DNA of 64,000 bases from Vicinamibacterales bacterium (lineage in GTDB: Bacteria; Acidobacteriota; Vicinamibacteria; Vicinamibacterales; UBA8438). The notes under the pieces are model-generated. The model worked only from the letters and a program-made list of their open reading frames with translations. It searched no databases and was not told the origin of the DNA. The stretch spans positions 370,516 to 434,515 of the forward strand of contig CBDAUL010000007.1 of the NCBI GenBank assembly GCA_965200475.1. Direction: 5' to 3'. The position numbers and the translations under genes are program-made. Shown one piece after another: positions 35,142-42,641 of this stretch (the first letter of the stretch is position 1; every line of letters begins with the position of its first letter).

Positions 35142-36476
35142 ATGAAGTCGAGGAAACTCGATGGAGCAAAGGGGTCGCGTCATCCAGTGTGTCCTGACGG
35201 TCAACCGCGCGGGCGGGAGGAGCCGTCGAGCCACGCGAAGCCGTTTCGTATTTCCAAGTGGGTGGTTTGGGAGGCCTACACTCGAGTCAAGGCGAACCAC
35301 GGAGCAGCTGGTGTCGACGCCGAATCTGTCGAGATGTTCGAGCAGGACCTGAAGAACAATCTCTACCGGATTTGGAATCGGATGTCGTCGGGCACGTACT
35401 TCCCGCCTCCGGTCCGTTCGGTTGGAATACCGAAGAAGGACGGAAGCGAGCGCCGCTTGGGCGTACCCACTGTCGCCGACAGAATTGCCCAAACGGTGGT
35501 CAAGATGTACCTGGAACCGGAGGTAGAGCCGCAGTTCCACCCCGATTCGTATGGGTACCGCCCGCGGAAGTCAGCGGTCGACGCACTCACGGCAACCCGG
35601 CAGCGATGCTGGCGTTACGACTGGGTGATCGACCTTGACGTCCGCGGCTTCTTCGACAACCTGGACCACTCGCTCGTCATGCGAGCGGTCAGGAAGTACA
35701 CACGGTGCCAGTGGATTCTGCTCTATGTGCAGCGGTGGCTGACCGCTCCCATGCAGCAGGACGACGGAACCCTGGTGCCGCGCACGACGGGGACGCCCCA
35801 AGGGGGCGTCGCGAGCCCACTCCTGGCCAACATCTTCCTGCACCTCGCGTTCGACGACTGGATGCGGACCACGCACCCGGACGTTCCGTTCGAGAGGTAC
35901 GCGGACGATATCGTCGCGCACTGTCGGACGGAGGCGCAGGCGCAGCAGGTCCTGTCGCACATCCAACGTCGTCTGGCGCAATGCCGGCTGGAGGTGCATC
36001 CGGAGAAGACGCGTATCGTCTACTGCAAGGATGACGACCGGCCGGGGCAGTATCCCACGGAGCAGTTCACCTTCTTGGGCTACACGTTTCGTTCACGTCG
36101 GGCGAAGAATCGATGGGGTCGGTACTTCATCAGCTTCATCCCGGCGGTGAGCAATGCGGCGGCGACGCGGATGCGGCAGACGATGCGGCGTTGGCACCTC
36201 CCTCGGCGCAGCGACAAGGCCATCGACGACTTGGCCCGCATGTGGAATCCGGTCCTTCGCGGCTGGATTCAGTACTACGGCCGCTTCTACAAGTCGGCCC
36301 TGTATTCGGTCTTTCGCCACCTCAACGGTCTGTTGGTTCGATGGGCCATGCGGAAATACAAGAGGCTCCGGCGCCATCGCCGCCGCGCCACACATTGGCT
36401 CGGGGGTCTTGCGCGTCGCGAGCCCCGGCTGTTCGCCCACTGGCATCTGCTGGGGCTGACGCCGGCGGCTGGATGA
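35142..36476 (+). CDS. Inner-intron reverse transcriptase/maturase (RT + X domain, no endonuclease domain)
   Basis: ...WEAYTRVKANHGAAGVDAESV...ERRLGVPTVADRIAQTVV...YGYRPRKSAVDA...GTPQGGVASPLLANIFLH...ERYADDIVAHC...EVHPEKTRIVYC...FTFLGYTF...LRGWIQYYGRFYKS. The start could also lie upstream, since the track ORF begins at 35031. Confidence 0.88.
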   Translation: MKSRKLDGAKGSRHPVCPDGQPRGREEPSSHAKPFRISKWVVWEAYTRVKANHGAAGVDAESVEMFEQDLKNNLYRIWNRMSSGTYFPPPVRSVGIPKKDGSERRLGVPTVADRIAQTVVKMYLEPEVEPQFHPDSYGYRPRKSAVDALTATRQRCWRYDWVIDLDVRGFFDNLDHSLVMRAVRKYTRCQWILLYVQRWLTAPMQQDDGTLVPRTTGTPQGGVASPLLANIFLHLAFDDWMRTTHPDVPFERYADDIVAHCRTEAQAQQVLSHIQRRLAQCRLEVHPEKTRIVYCKDDDRPGQYPTEQFTFLGYTFRSRRAKNRWGRYFISFIPAVSNAAATRMRQTMRRWHLPRRSDKAIDDLARMWNPVLRGWIQYYGRFYKSALYSVFRHLNGLLVRWAMRKYKRLRRHRRRATHWLGGLARREPRLFAHWHLLGLTPAAG

Positions 36477-36479
36477 TGG

Positions 36480-36513
36480 GAGCTGTATGAGCGGAGACGT
36501 TCACGTACAGTTC
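36480..36513 (+). ncRNA. Group II intron domain V (inner intron)
   Basis: GAGCTGTATGAGCGGAGACGTTCACGTACAGTTC. This is a 34-nt hairpin with the AGC catalytic triad, a 2-nt CG bulge on the 3' strand and a GAGA (GNRA) tetraloop. Confidence 0.85.
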
Positions 36514-36553
36514 TGCGAGCGCCCGGGGGTGCGATTCCCCCGGGCGACTCACC

Positions 36554-37101
36554 TCGTGGTGATGTGCAACACGAAGGCGGCGCGAGAGCGGGTGGGCCTG
36601 GTGCTCGCCCGGCTCGGGCTGGAGCTGCATCCGGAGAAGACGCGGGTGGTCGACCTGACGGACGGTCGTGAGGGCTTCGACTTCCTGGGGTGTCATCTGC
36701 ACAAGCGCCTGAGCGGACCCATCTGGGCCCGCCAGCGGCAACGGGTGTATTTCCTGCACCGTTGGCCGTCTCGGCATGCGATGCAGCAGGTGCGCGCCCG
36801 CGTGCGGGCGCTCACCCCGAGGGGCCGTTGCCACACGGACCTGCGTCTGGTCATCGCGGATGTGAACCGGGTGCTTCGCGGGTGGGGGCAGTATTTCCGG
36901 ACGGGGAATGCGGCGACCCACTTCGTGCAGCTCGACCAGTACGTGGAACGGCGCCTGCGCGGCTTGCTCCTCAAGCGCGCGGGGTCGCGTCTGGCGGCTG
37001 GTCGGGCGCAAGCCTGGAAACGTTCGTTCTTCGAGGCCTTGGGGCTCGTCCGCCTGCGCGGCACGATTCGGTATCCGGGGGTGGTGCATGCTGCGACCTG
37101 A
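36554..37101 (+). CDS. Outer-intron reverse transcriptase/maturase, 3' portion (RT domains 6-7 + X)
   Basis: (F)VVMCNTKAARERVGLVLARLGLELHPEKTRVVDLTDGREGFDFLGCHL...VNRVLRGWGQYFRTGNAA... continues exactly where the 5' portion stops. The track ORF 36487..37101 begins inside inner-intron domain V, so its first 22 codons are not IEP sequence. Confidence 0.8.
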
Positions 37102-37113
37102 AGTCCACCTGGA

Positions 37114-37147
37114 AAGCCGTGTGCGGGAAATCCGCATGCACGGTTTG
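37114..37147 (+). ncRNA. Group II intron domain V (outer intron)
   Basis: AAGCCGTGTGCGGGAAATCCGCATGCACGGTTTG. A 34-nt hairpin with the AGC triad, a 2-nt bulge and a GAAA-type loop, 13 nt after the IEP stop. Confidence 0.8.
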
Positions 37148-37207
37148 AACGGGGGTCTTGCTCTCAGCCGGTCGGTTGTCTCGACCGACGCCAAGTAGGA
37201 TCTACCA

Positions 37208-39139
37208 ATGCCTGTCGAGCCCCGCAGCTTGCCCGTCGCGTCCGTCCCGCCTGCCCCGCCTGCCCCGTCGGCCGCTCCGCCTGCCGAGGCCGACGTCCCA
37301 GTCGTGCCGCCTGCGCGAGCCGACGAGGCCGCGCCCGGCGTCGAGGCGCTCGGCAACCGGATAGCCGACCTCGCCGCCCGCATCCAGGCCGCCACCTACG
37401 AGCTGCTCGTCCTCATCCGGCACTTCGACGAGCGCGGCGGCTGGGAGAGCTTCGCCTCCTGCGCGCACTGGCTGAGCTGGCGCATCGGCCTCGCGCCGGG
37501 CGCCGCCCGCGAGAAGGTGCGCGTCGCCCACGCCCTGGCGAAGCTGCCGCGGCTGAGCGAGGCGCTGCGGCGCGGCGCCGTCTCCTACTCGAAGGTACGC
37601 GCCGTCACCCGCGTGGCAACTCCCGCGACCGAGCAGGCGCTCCTCGACGTTGCCCTCGCCGGCACCGCCGCGCACGTCGAGCAGGTGGTCCGCACCTGGC
37701 GCCGGGTCGACCGCTCGGCCGAGCAGGCGGAGGACCGGCGGCGGCACGAGTCGCGCGCCCTCCACACCTGGGTGGACGACGACGGGATGGTCGTGGTCCG
37801 CGGCAGGCTGACGCCGGAGGTGGGCGCCGTGCTGCGGCGGGCGCTGGAGGCGGCGCTCGATGCCGGGGCGAAGACGGCGGGGCCGGCGGCGGGAGCAGAT
37901 GCGGCAGCAGGTGGGGAGCCGCGCGCGGTGGGCCCCGACGCGACGGCGCGGGACGCGGCGGCGCCGGACGCCGTAGTGCTGGACGCAACGGCGCCGGACG
38001 CAACCGCGCCGGAGGCCCCGGCCTCGGACGCAGCGGTGCCGGACGCCGCGGAGACCGCTGGCGCGATGGCCCCCACCATCGCGCAGCGGCGGGCTGATGC
38101 GCTGGCGATGCTGGCCGAGTGCGCGCTGGCCGGCGGGCTCGACAAGGGGACGGCCGGCGACCGCTACCAGGTGGTCGTGCACGTCGACGCCGACACCCTG
38201 GCGGACGGCGGTGAGCAGGGCGAGGACCCTGCGGCCGCCGCCCGGCCTGGCGACTCCGCCGTCGTCGATGGCGTCGCTGTCGATAGTGCCGACGTCGATA
38301 GCGCCGCCGTCGATGGCGCGGCGGCCAGCCGGCCCGGCGAGTCGCCCGTCGTCGGGGCCGCCGCCGCAGGCCCCGGCCCCGAGAGGCCGGCGCCGTACGT
38401 TCCAGCGGGAACGTACCCGCGGCGCGCGGGGGAGGTCTCCCCCGCCGCGGACGAGACGTCCCCCGCGTTGCCGGACGGCCCCTCCCGGCCCCTCCCCGAC
38501 GTTGACGGACCGCCCCGGCGGCGCCGCACCGCCGGCCCCGGCCCCGCCGGCGGCCAGTCGGCCCTCGACGAGGCGGGCGGCATCCACGTCTCCGCGGAGA
38601 CGGCCCGGCGGCTGGCCTGCGACGCCGCGACCGTGACCATGCGGCACGGGCCGACCGGCGAGGTCCTGGACGTCGGCCGCCGCACGCGCACCATCTCGCC
38701 CGCCCTGCGCCGGGCGCTGGCCGCCCGCGACCGGCACTGCCGCTTCCCCGGGTGCGCGGCAACCCGCTGCGATGCGCACCACATCGAGCACTGGGCGCAG
38801 GGCGGGGCGACCGCGCTCGGCAACCTCGTGCTGCTCTGCCGGCGGCATCACCGGGCCGTGCACGAGGAAGGGTTCCGGGTGGCGCTCGACGCGGCGGGCG
38901 AGGCGCGCTTCCTACGGCCGGACGGCCGGCCGCTGCCCGAGGCGCCGGCGTTGCCGGCCGTGACCGACGCCCCGCTGGCGCCGGTGACGGCGCGGCTCGA
39001 CCGGGCGGGCATCCGCATCGGCCCGCACACGGCCGCGCCGGCCTGGCGCGGCGAGCGGCTCGACGTCGACTGGGCCGTCAGCGTGCTGTGGCGGCCGCGC
39101 GGGGACGGCGCGGGCGACGTGCTCCCCGAGGCGCCGTAG
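37208..39139 (+). CDS. DUF222 + HNH endonuclease protein (actinobacterial REP13E12-type architecture)
   Basis: DUF222-like N-terminal half (IADLAARIQAATYELLVLIRHFDERGGW...CAHWLSWRIGLAPGAAREKVRVAHAL..LPRLSEALRRGAVSYSKVRAVTRVAT). HNH motif near the C-terminus (RDRHCRFPGCAATRCDAHHIEHWAQGGATALGNLVLLCRRHHRAVHE). The true start may lie in the upstream exon at 33333/33336 (see findings). Confidence 0.85.
   Translation: MPVEPRSLPVASVPPAPPAPSAAPPAEADVPVVPPARADEAAPGVEALGNRIADLAARIQAATYELLVLIRHFDERGGWESFASCAHWLSWRIGLAPGAAREKVRVAHALAKLPRLSEALRRGAVSYSKVRAVTRVATPATEQALLDVALAGTAAHVEQVVRTWRRVDRSAEQAEDRRRHESRALHTWVDDDGMVVVRGRLTPEVGAVLRRALEAALDAGAKTAGPAAGADAAAGGEPRAVGPDATARDAAAPDAVVLDATAPDATAPEAPASDAAVPDAAETAGAMAPTIAQRRADALAMLAECALAGGLDKGTAGDRYQVVVHVDADTLADGGEQGEDPAAAARPGDSAVVDGVAVDSADVDSAAVDGAAASRPGESPVVGAAAAGPGPERPAPYVPAGTYPRRAGEVSPAADETSPALPDGPSRPLPDVDGPPRRRRTAGPGPAGGQSALDEAGGIHVSAETARRLACDAATVTMRHGPTGEVLDVGRRTRTISPALRRALAARDRHCRFPGCAATRCDAHHIEHWAQGGATALGNLVLLCRRHHRAVHEEGFRVALDAAGEARFLRPDGRPLPEAPALPAVTDAPLAPVTARLDRAGIRIGPHTAAPAWRGERLDVDWAVSVLWRPRGDGAGDVLPEAP
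37937..38056 (+). repeat. Eight tandem 15-nt units (GACGCnnCGGCGCCG) encoding D-A-x-A-P pentapeptides
   Basis: Read directly: DATAR DAAAP DAVVL DATAP DATAP EAPAS DAAVP DAAET. Located in the linker between the DUF222 and HNH parts. Confidence 0.8.
38255..38314 (+). repeat. Four tandem 15-nt units (nGnGCCGnCGTCGAT) encoding x-A-x-V-D pentapeptides
   Basis: TCCGCCGTCGTCGAT GGCGTCGCTGTCGAT AGTGCCGACGTCGAT AGCGCCGCCGTCGAT, read directly. Confidence 0.8.
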
Positions 39140-39537
39140 GCGCCTCGCACTGCCTGTCGCGCTGTCGACCGCTCCGTCAGCCGGTCCGGGCCTTGTCTGC
39201 GCCCGGGTCGCCTGCCGGTGACGGCGGGCGGAGCCGTTCCGCCATGCCCTACCTGAGGGTGGCCCATGCCGGTTCGGCAGGCGTCGCGGAGTGCTTCGCG
39301 GATGCGGCTCGCACCGCAGGCGCTGGCGCCGAGGTAGTGGCCGACGCCGCTCTCGTCGAGCGTGGGGGTCGCGCCGGGCTGCGACGCCACCTGCCGGGAG
39401 CGGCGCCCGGTTCTGGACCCGCTCGATCCGAGTGCGGCTGGTAGCGGACCCATGCAAATCACCAGACTCCGTGCGAAGGACCAGATCACCCTGCCAGTCA
39501 GCGACCATCATCGCGTGGCTATGGGCGCGGACGGTGA

Positions 39538-39858
39538 AGAGTCCCAACCCGGCCCTTCGCCGACGTGGACGTGCCGCTCGTGTCGACGTTCATGCTGTCG
39601 ACGAAGAAAGGCAAGGAGGCTTACGTCGAGCCGGTGATCGAGGGACGGAGGTATCGGTTCGAGGTGAAGGTCGGTGCGCCGCCGAACAGTGCGGCGACCA
39701 AGCTTGGTACAACAGCAGGTAAGCGAAGCGCGTTCCGATGCCTGATGTCCGGCGTGCCTGTGACGTATGACCATGTTCGGACCAGTGGACAGCGAGGAAT
39801 GATGGGTGCACGGTTGATGGCGTTTGTGGCGGCGGGCGACCGTGGTCGCATTTACCTG
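39538..39858 (+). pseudogene. Internal fragment of a DUF1156-type DNA methylase (defence-locus remnant)
   Basis: ...[39 protein letters not shown]...[47 protein letters not shown] matches my recollection of the mid-region of DUF1156 proteins. There is no start codon, no N-terminal domain and no C-terminal remainder. Local GC content is lower. Confidence 0.5.
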
Positions 39859-39924
39859 ATCCTCGACGTCGTCCGGGTCCAGCTCGGGCGCGGTGAGCGC
39901 CATGGCAGGGGAGTGCTGGGCGCC

Positions 39925-40408
39925 GATGAGGCACCGCTGGAGGTCGCCGCGCGCTATCAACTCCTTGATGAGCAACCCGGCCATGATGGTCTTGCCTGCG
40001 CCCGGATCGTCGGCCCCACGGATCGTCGGCCAGGAGGAAGCGCAGCGGCTGGCGCGGCAGCATCGCTTCGTAGACGGCCGTTATCTGGTGCGGCAGCGGC
40101 TCGACCACGGACGTATGGACGGCCGGGTGCGGATCGAAGAGGTGGGCGAGGCGAATGCGCTGGGCCTCGGAGACCAGCCGGAACAGGCTCCCGTCGCCGT
40201 CGAAGCTCCAGGGTCGCCCGTGGGAGACGATCTCGAGGCGCGCTTCGTCGTCGCGATAGAGCAGTTCGTTGGCGACCTGACCGTCCGGTTTCTTGTAGGT
40301 CAGCTCGACCGCTTCCGAGCCGAACCACTGCAGGCTGACGACCGACACCGGGCCGTCGGGGTGCACACCTCGGACGGTACCGTGGGGTCGAAGGTCCTCG
40401 AGCTGCAT
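39925..40408 (-). pseudogene. N-terminal fragment of an SNF2/RapA-like superfamily-2 helicase, frameshifted in the Walker A motif and truncated
   Basis: MQLEDLRPHGTV...[26 protein letters not shown], then a 16-nt tandem duplication: CGGATCGTCGGC at 40003..40014 and again at 40019..40030. The motif resumes in another frame as [26 protein letters not shown], and similarity ends near 39925. Confidence 0.6.
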
Positions 40409-40476
40409 GCCCGCAGCGGGCCGCCCGCCGGGCCGCACCGCCGACTGCGAGGGCGCAGTCGGCGGCCGCCCGCGGC

Positions 40477-41649
40477 TCAGGCGATGCGCACGGTGCGCGG
40501 GAACTGCTGGTGGTTCTCCAGGCCCGTCTGCTTGTACTCCAGCTCCTCGGCGGTCGGCTGCACCCGGCCCTCGGCGTCGGTGGCGCGGGAGACGAGCGTG
40601 TGCTCGCCGGGGGTGGCGCCGTCCCAGTCGTAGCGGAACAGCTTCCAGGAGTAGGTGTCGGAGGCCGTGGCCGCGTCCAGCTCCGCAGGCTGCCAGGCGC
40701 CGCCGTCCACGCTGACCTCGACGGACTGCAGCGGGGTGCCGTCGTGGAGCACGAAGCCGTGGACCGTGTGGCGGCCGCCCGAGCGCGTCACGCGCGCGAT
40801 GACCGACTTGACCCGCAGGCGGGTGATCTCGGTCTCGTGGTAGCTCACCTCGCCGTCGATCTCCTCGGCCCACAGCGTGCGGTACCAGCGGGCCTGCCAC
40901 TTGCCCAGGAAGCGGTCCTGCTGCGCGCGGATGTGGGTCAGCCACTTGACGTTGGAGACGCCGTACCAGCCGGGCACGACGAGGCGCAGGGGGAAGCCCT
41001 GGTCGCGGGTGAGCGGCTCGCCGTTGAGCGCGTAGGCCAGCAGCGGGTCGGGTCCCAGCGCGTCGGTGCGCGACATGCTGCGGGCGAACGGCTGATCGAC
41101 CGCGTGGGTCTGCCCGCGGAAGTCGACCATCTCCTCGCCGTGGTCCGCGCCGAAGAAGACCACCTCGCGGGCCAGATCGCGCAGGCCGACGTGCTCGAGC
41201 ACCGTGCGCAGGGGGACGCCGGTCCAGTGGCCGTTGCTGGCCAGCCCCTGAATCATGCGGGGGCTGTTGCCGGAGCATTCGAAGCCGGCGACGGTCTCGT
41301 CGCTGGCCATGCCGCGCAGGTCGGCGAGCGACAGCTCCGCCGGCCGCTCGACCAGGCCGCTCACCTTCAGGCTGAACGCGCCGGGGTCGATCTCCGGCTT
41401 GTCGAAGTGCTGGATGGTGTAGAAGTCGTCGCGGGACGTGAGCGGTCCGGCGATGGTCCGGATGTCGAGGACCCGCCGCGTCGGTCCGAGCGCCGCGCTG
41501 CCGAACTCGTCCGGCACGTCGGCGAACGGCACGAGCTCCTCGCCCTGGGCCAGGGCCGGCAGGGCCAGCTCCGGCCATCCGAACATGCCCAGGCCGGCGG
41601 CGGCGAGGCCGCCCTTCAGTAGCGTTCGACGGGTCGTCTGGTTGGCCAT
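40477..41649 (-). CDS. Sulfite-oxidase-family molybdopterin oxidoreductase (Tat-exported, with Moco dimerisation domain)
   Basis: ATG at 41649 after GGAAG. Begins MANQTTRRTLLKGGLAAAGL. Motifs FECSGNS, HWTGVPLRTVLE, GFPLRLVVPGWYGVSNVKWL, and a C-terminal Ig-like dimerisation domain. Confidence 0.85.
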   Translation of the reverse strand: MANQTTRRTLLKGGLAAAGLGMFGWPELALPALAQGEELVPFADVPDEFGSAALGPTRRVLDIRTIAGPLTSRDDFYTIQHFDKPEIDPGAFSLKVSGLVERPAELSLADLRGMASDETVAGFECSGNSPRMIQGLASNGHWTGVPLRTVLEHVGLRDLAREVVFFGADHGEEMVDFRGQTHAVDQPFARSMSRTDALGPDPLLAYALNGEPLTRDQGFPLRLVVPGWYGVSNVKWLTHIRAQQDRFLGKWQARWYRTLWAEEIDGEVSYHETEITRLRVKSVIARVTRSGGRHTVHGFVLHDGTPLQSVEVSVDGGAWQPAELDAATASDTYSWKLFRYDWDGATPGEHTLVSRATDAEGRVQPTAEELEYKQTGLENHQQFPRTVRIA

Positions 41650-41721
41650 CGTTCTTCCTTCCGCTCGGATCGGTCGCTGCAACTCCACGGCGTGCAGATT
41701 ACCACAGTCCGGGAGGGCGCC

Positions 41722-42564
41722 TCAGAACGCGTAGCGCAGCGCGACCGAGAGCCCGTGGCCGGCGAGAGGGGCCGTCGTCTCGGCCAGGGCAATCTCCAGC
41801 GGCTCGCGGCTCCCGTCGCGCCACACGATGCGGCCCGCGCCGCGTCCGGTGTCGACCGTGCCCAGGTGCGTGTAGCGCCAGGCGGCGTCGAGCGTCAGCC
41901 GCGGCCCGAGCGTCGTCGCGACGCCCGCCGCCGCCATCCAGGCCAGACCGACCCGGCGTCCGCCGGGCACGACCGTCGTGGTCCGCGGGAATTCCATGCG
42001 GGTCTCGCCAATCTCCACGCGGGACACGCCGGCGCCGCCGCCGACGAACGGGGCGAAGGGACCGAGACGGGGCAGGCCAAGCGCCGGGAGGTCCAGATAC
42101 GCGGCCAGCATGCCGGAGACCACGGAGACGTCGGCGGAGACGGCCTGCCGGCCGCTGGTCTGGACGAAGTTCGCGCGCCCCTCGAACGGGGCCCGCGGGC
42201 GATGCGCGACCAGGGCCTCGATCCGCAGCGCGGATCCCGCCGCGTAGCCGACGCCGAGCTCGTAGCCCGCCGTCGTCCCGAAATCGCCCAGGGTGCTCAG
42301 CGGCGCGCCGTCGAGCCCAGCGCCGCAGCCATAGAGGGCGGCCGGCGACTCGCTGGCGCAGTTGCGGTCCGTGAACCGCGCGCGGGCCGGCCGGTCGAGC
42401 ACGGCTCCCGCGCGGAGATAGAGCTCGCCGGGCGCCGGGACCGACTGCGCCGACACGGCCGCGGTCCCGGCCGTCACGAGCGCCGCGGCCGCCGTTGCGG
42501 CCAGCGCAGGCCATGGCCGTGCCGTACCGCCGCGGCCGTCCTTCAGATTGCGCGCCATGGGCAT
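41722..42564 (-). CDS. Outer-membrane beta-barrel protein (OmpA-like/OmpW-like porin family)
   Basis: Signal peptide, alternating hydrophobic beta-strand pattern, and a terminal ...LSVALRYAF aromatic residue typical of BAM substrates. Confidence 0.65.
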   Translation of the reverse strand: MPMARNLKDGRGGTARPWPALAATAAAALVTAGTAAVSAQSVPAPGELYLRAGAVLDRPARARFTDRNCASESPAALYGCGAGLDGAPLSTLGDFGTTAGYELGVGYAAGSALRIEALVAHRPRAPFEGRANFVQTSGRQAVSADVSVVSGMLAAYLDLPALGLPRLGPFAPFVGGGAGVSRVEIGETRMEFPRTTTVVPGGRRVGLAWMAAAGVATTLGPRLTLDAAWRYTHLGTVDTGRGAGRIVWRDGSREPLEIALAETTAPLAGHGLSVALRYAF

Positions 42565-42641
42565 CTCCCGTTGCCGCCTGAGCGGCGGCCGGCGGCGCTA
42601 TAATGCCTGTTCCGGCTCGATTCCGCACGAGGGGGGACCTG

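Larger units (their letters stand above)
34677..36553 (+). mobile_element. Inner group II intron, apparently complete, inserted in the outer intron's RT gene
   Basis: 5' GTGCGCC at 34677. EBS1 AGTCGT (34938..34943) is the exact complement of the last six exon nt ACGACT (34671..34676). It has its own IEP at 35142..36476 and domain V at 36480..36513. Domain VI is GAGCGCCCGGGGG-UGCGAUU-CCCCCGGGCG-A-CUC, with the bulged A at 36547 seven nt from the end. The 3' end (36553) is chosen because it restores YADDFVV; uncertainty +/-1 nt. Confidence 0.8.
33347..37209 (+). mobile_element. Outer bacterial group II intron (about 1.99 kb without its nested insert)
   Basis: 5' GTGCG at 33347. The IEP ORF starts at 33878, about 530 nt in. 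Candidate EBS1 CATGTCTCC (33601..33609) pairs 8/9 with the exon end GGAGTCATG (33338..33346). Domain V is at 37114..37147. Domain VI forms a long stem (37151..37206) with a bulged A at 37204. The proposed 3' end ...CCAAT is at 37209, with about +/-5 nt uncertainty. Confidence 0.75.

Noticed and set aside
37208-39139. The HNH protein as the endonuclease (En) module of the group II intron-encoded proteins.
   Set aside because: It is a separate 643-aa gene with a DUF222 N-terminal half, located outside the intron boundaries as defined by domains V and VI. Both IEPs end after the X/maturase domain.
39452-39537. A short ORF beginning MQITRLRAKDQITLPVS, resembling the N-terminus of AbrB/SpoVT-type antitoxins.
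   Set aside because: Only about 17 residues are suggestive. The remainder ([13 protein letters not shown]..., then a Cys/Arg-rich string) is not antitoxin-like, and no partner toxin is adjacent. It is too weak to call, and at best another gene scrap.
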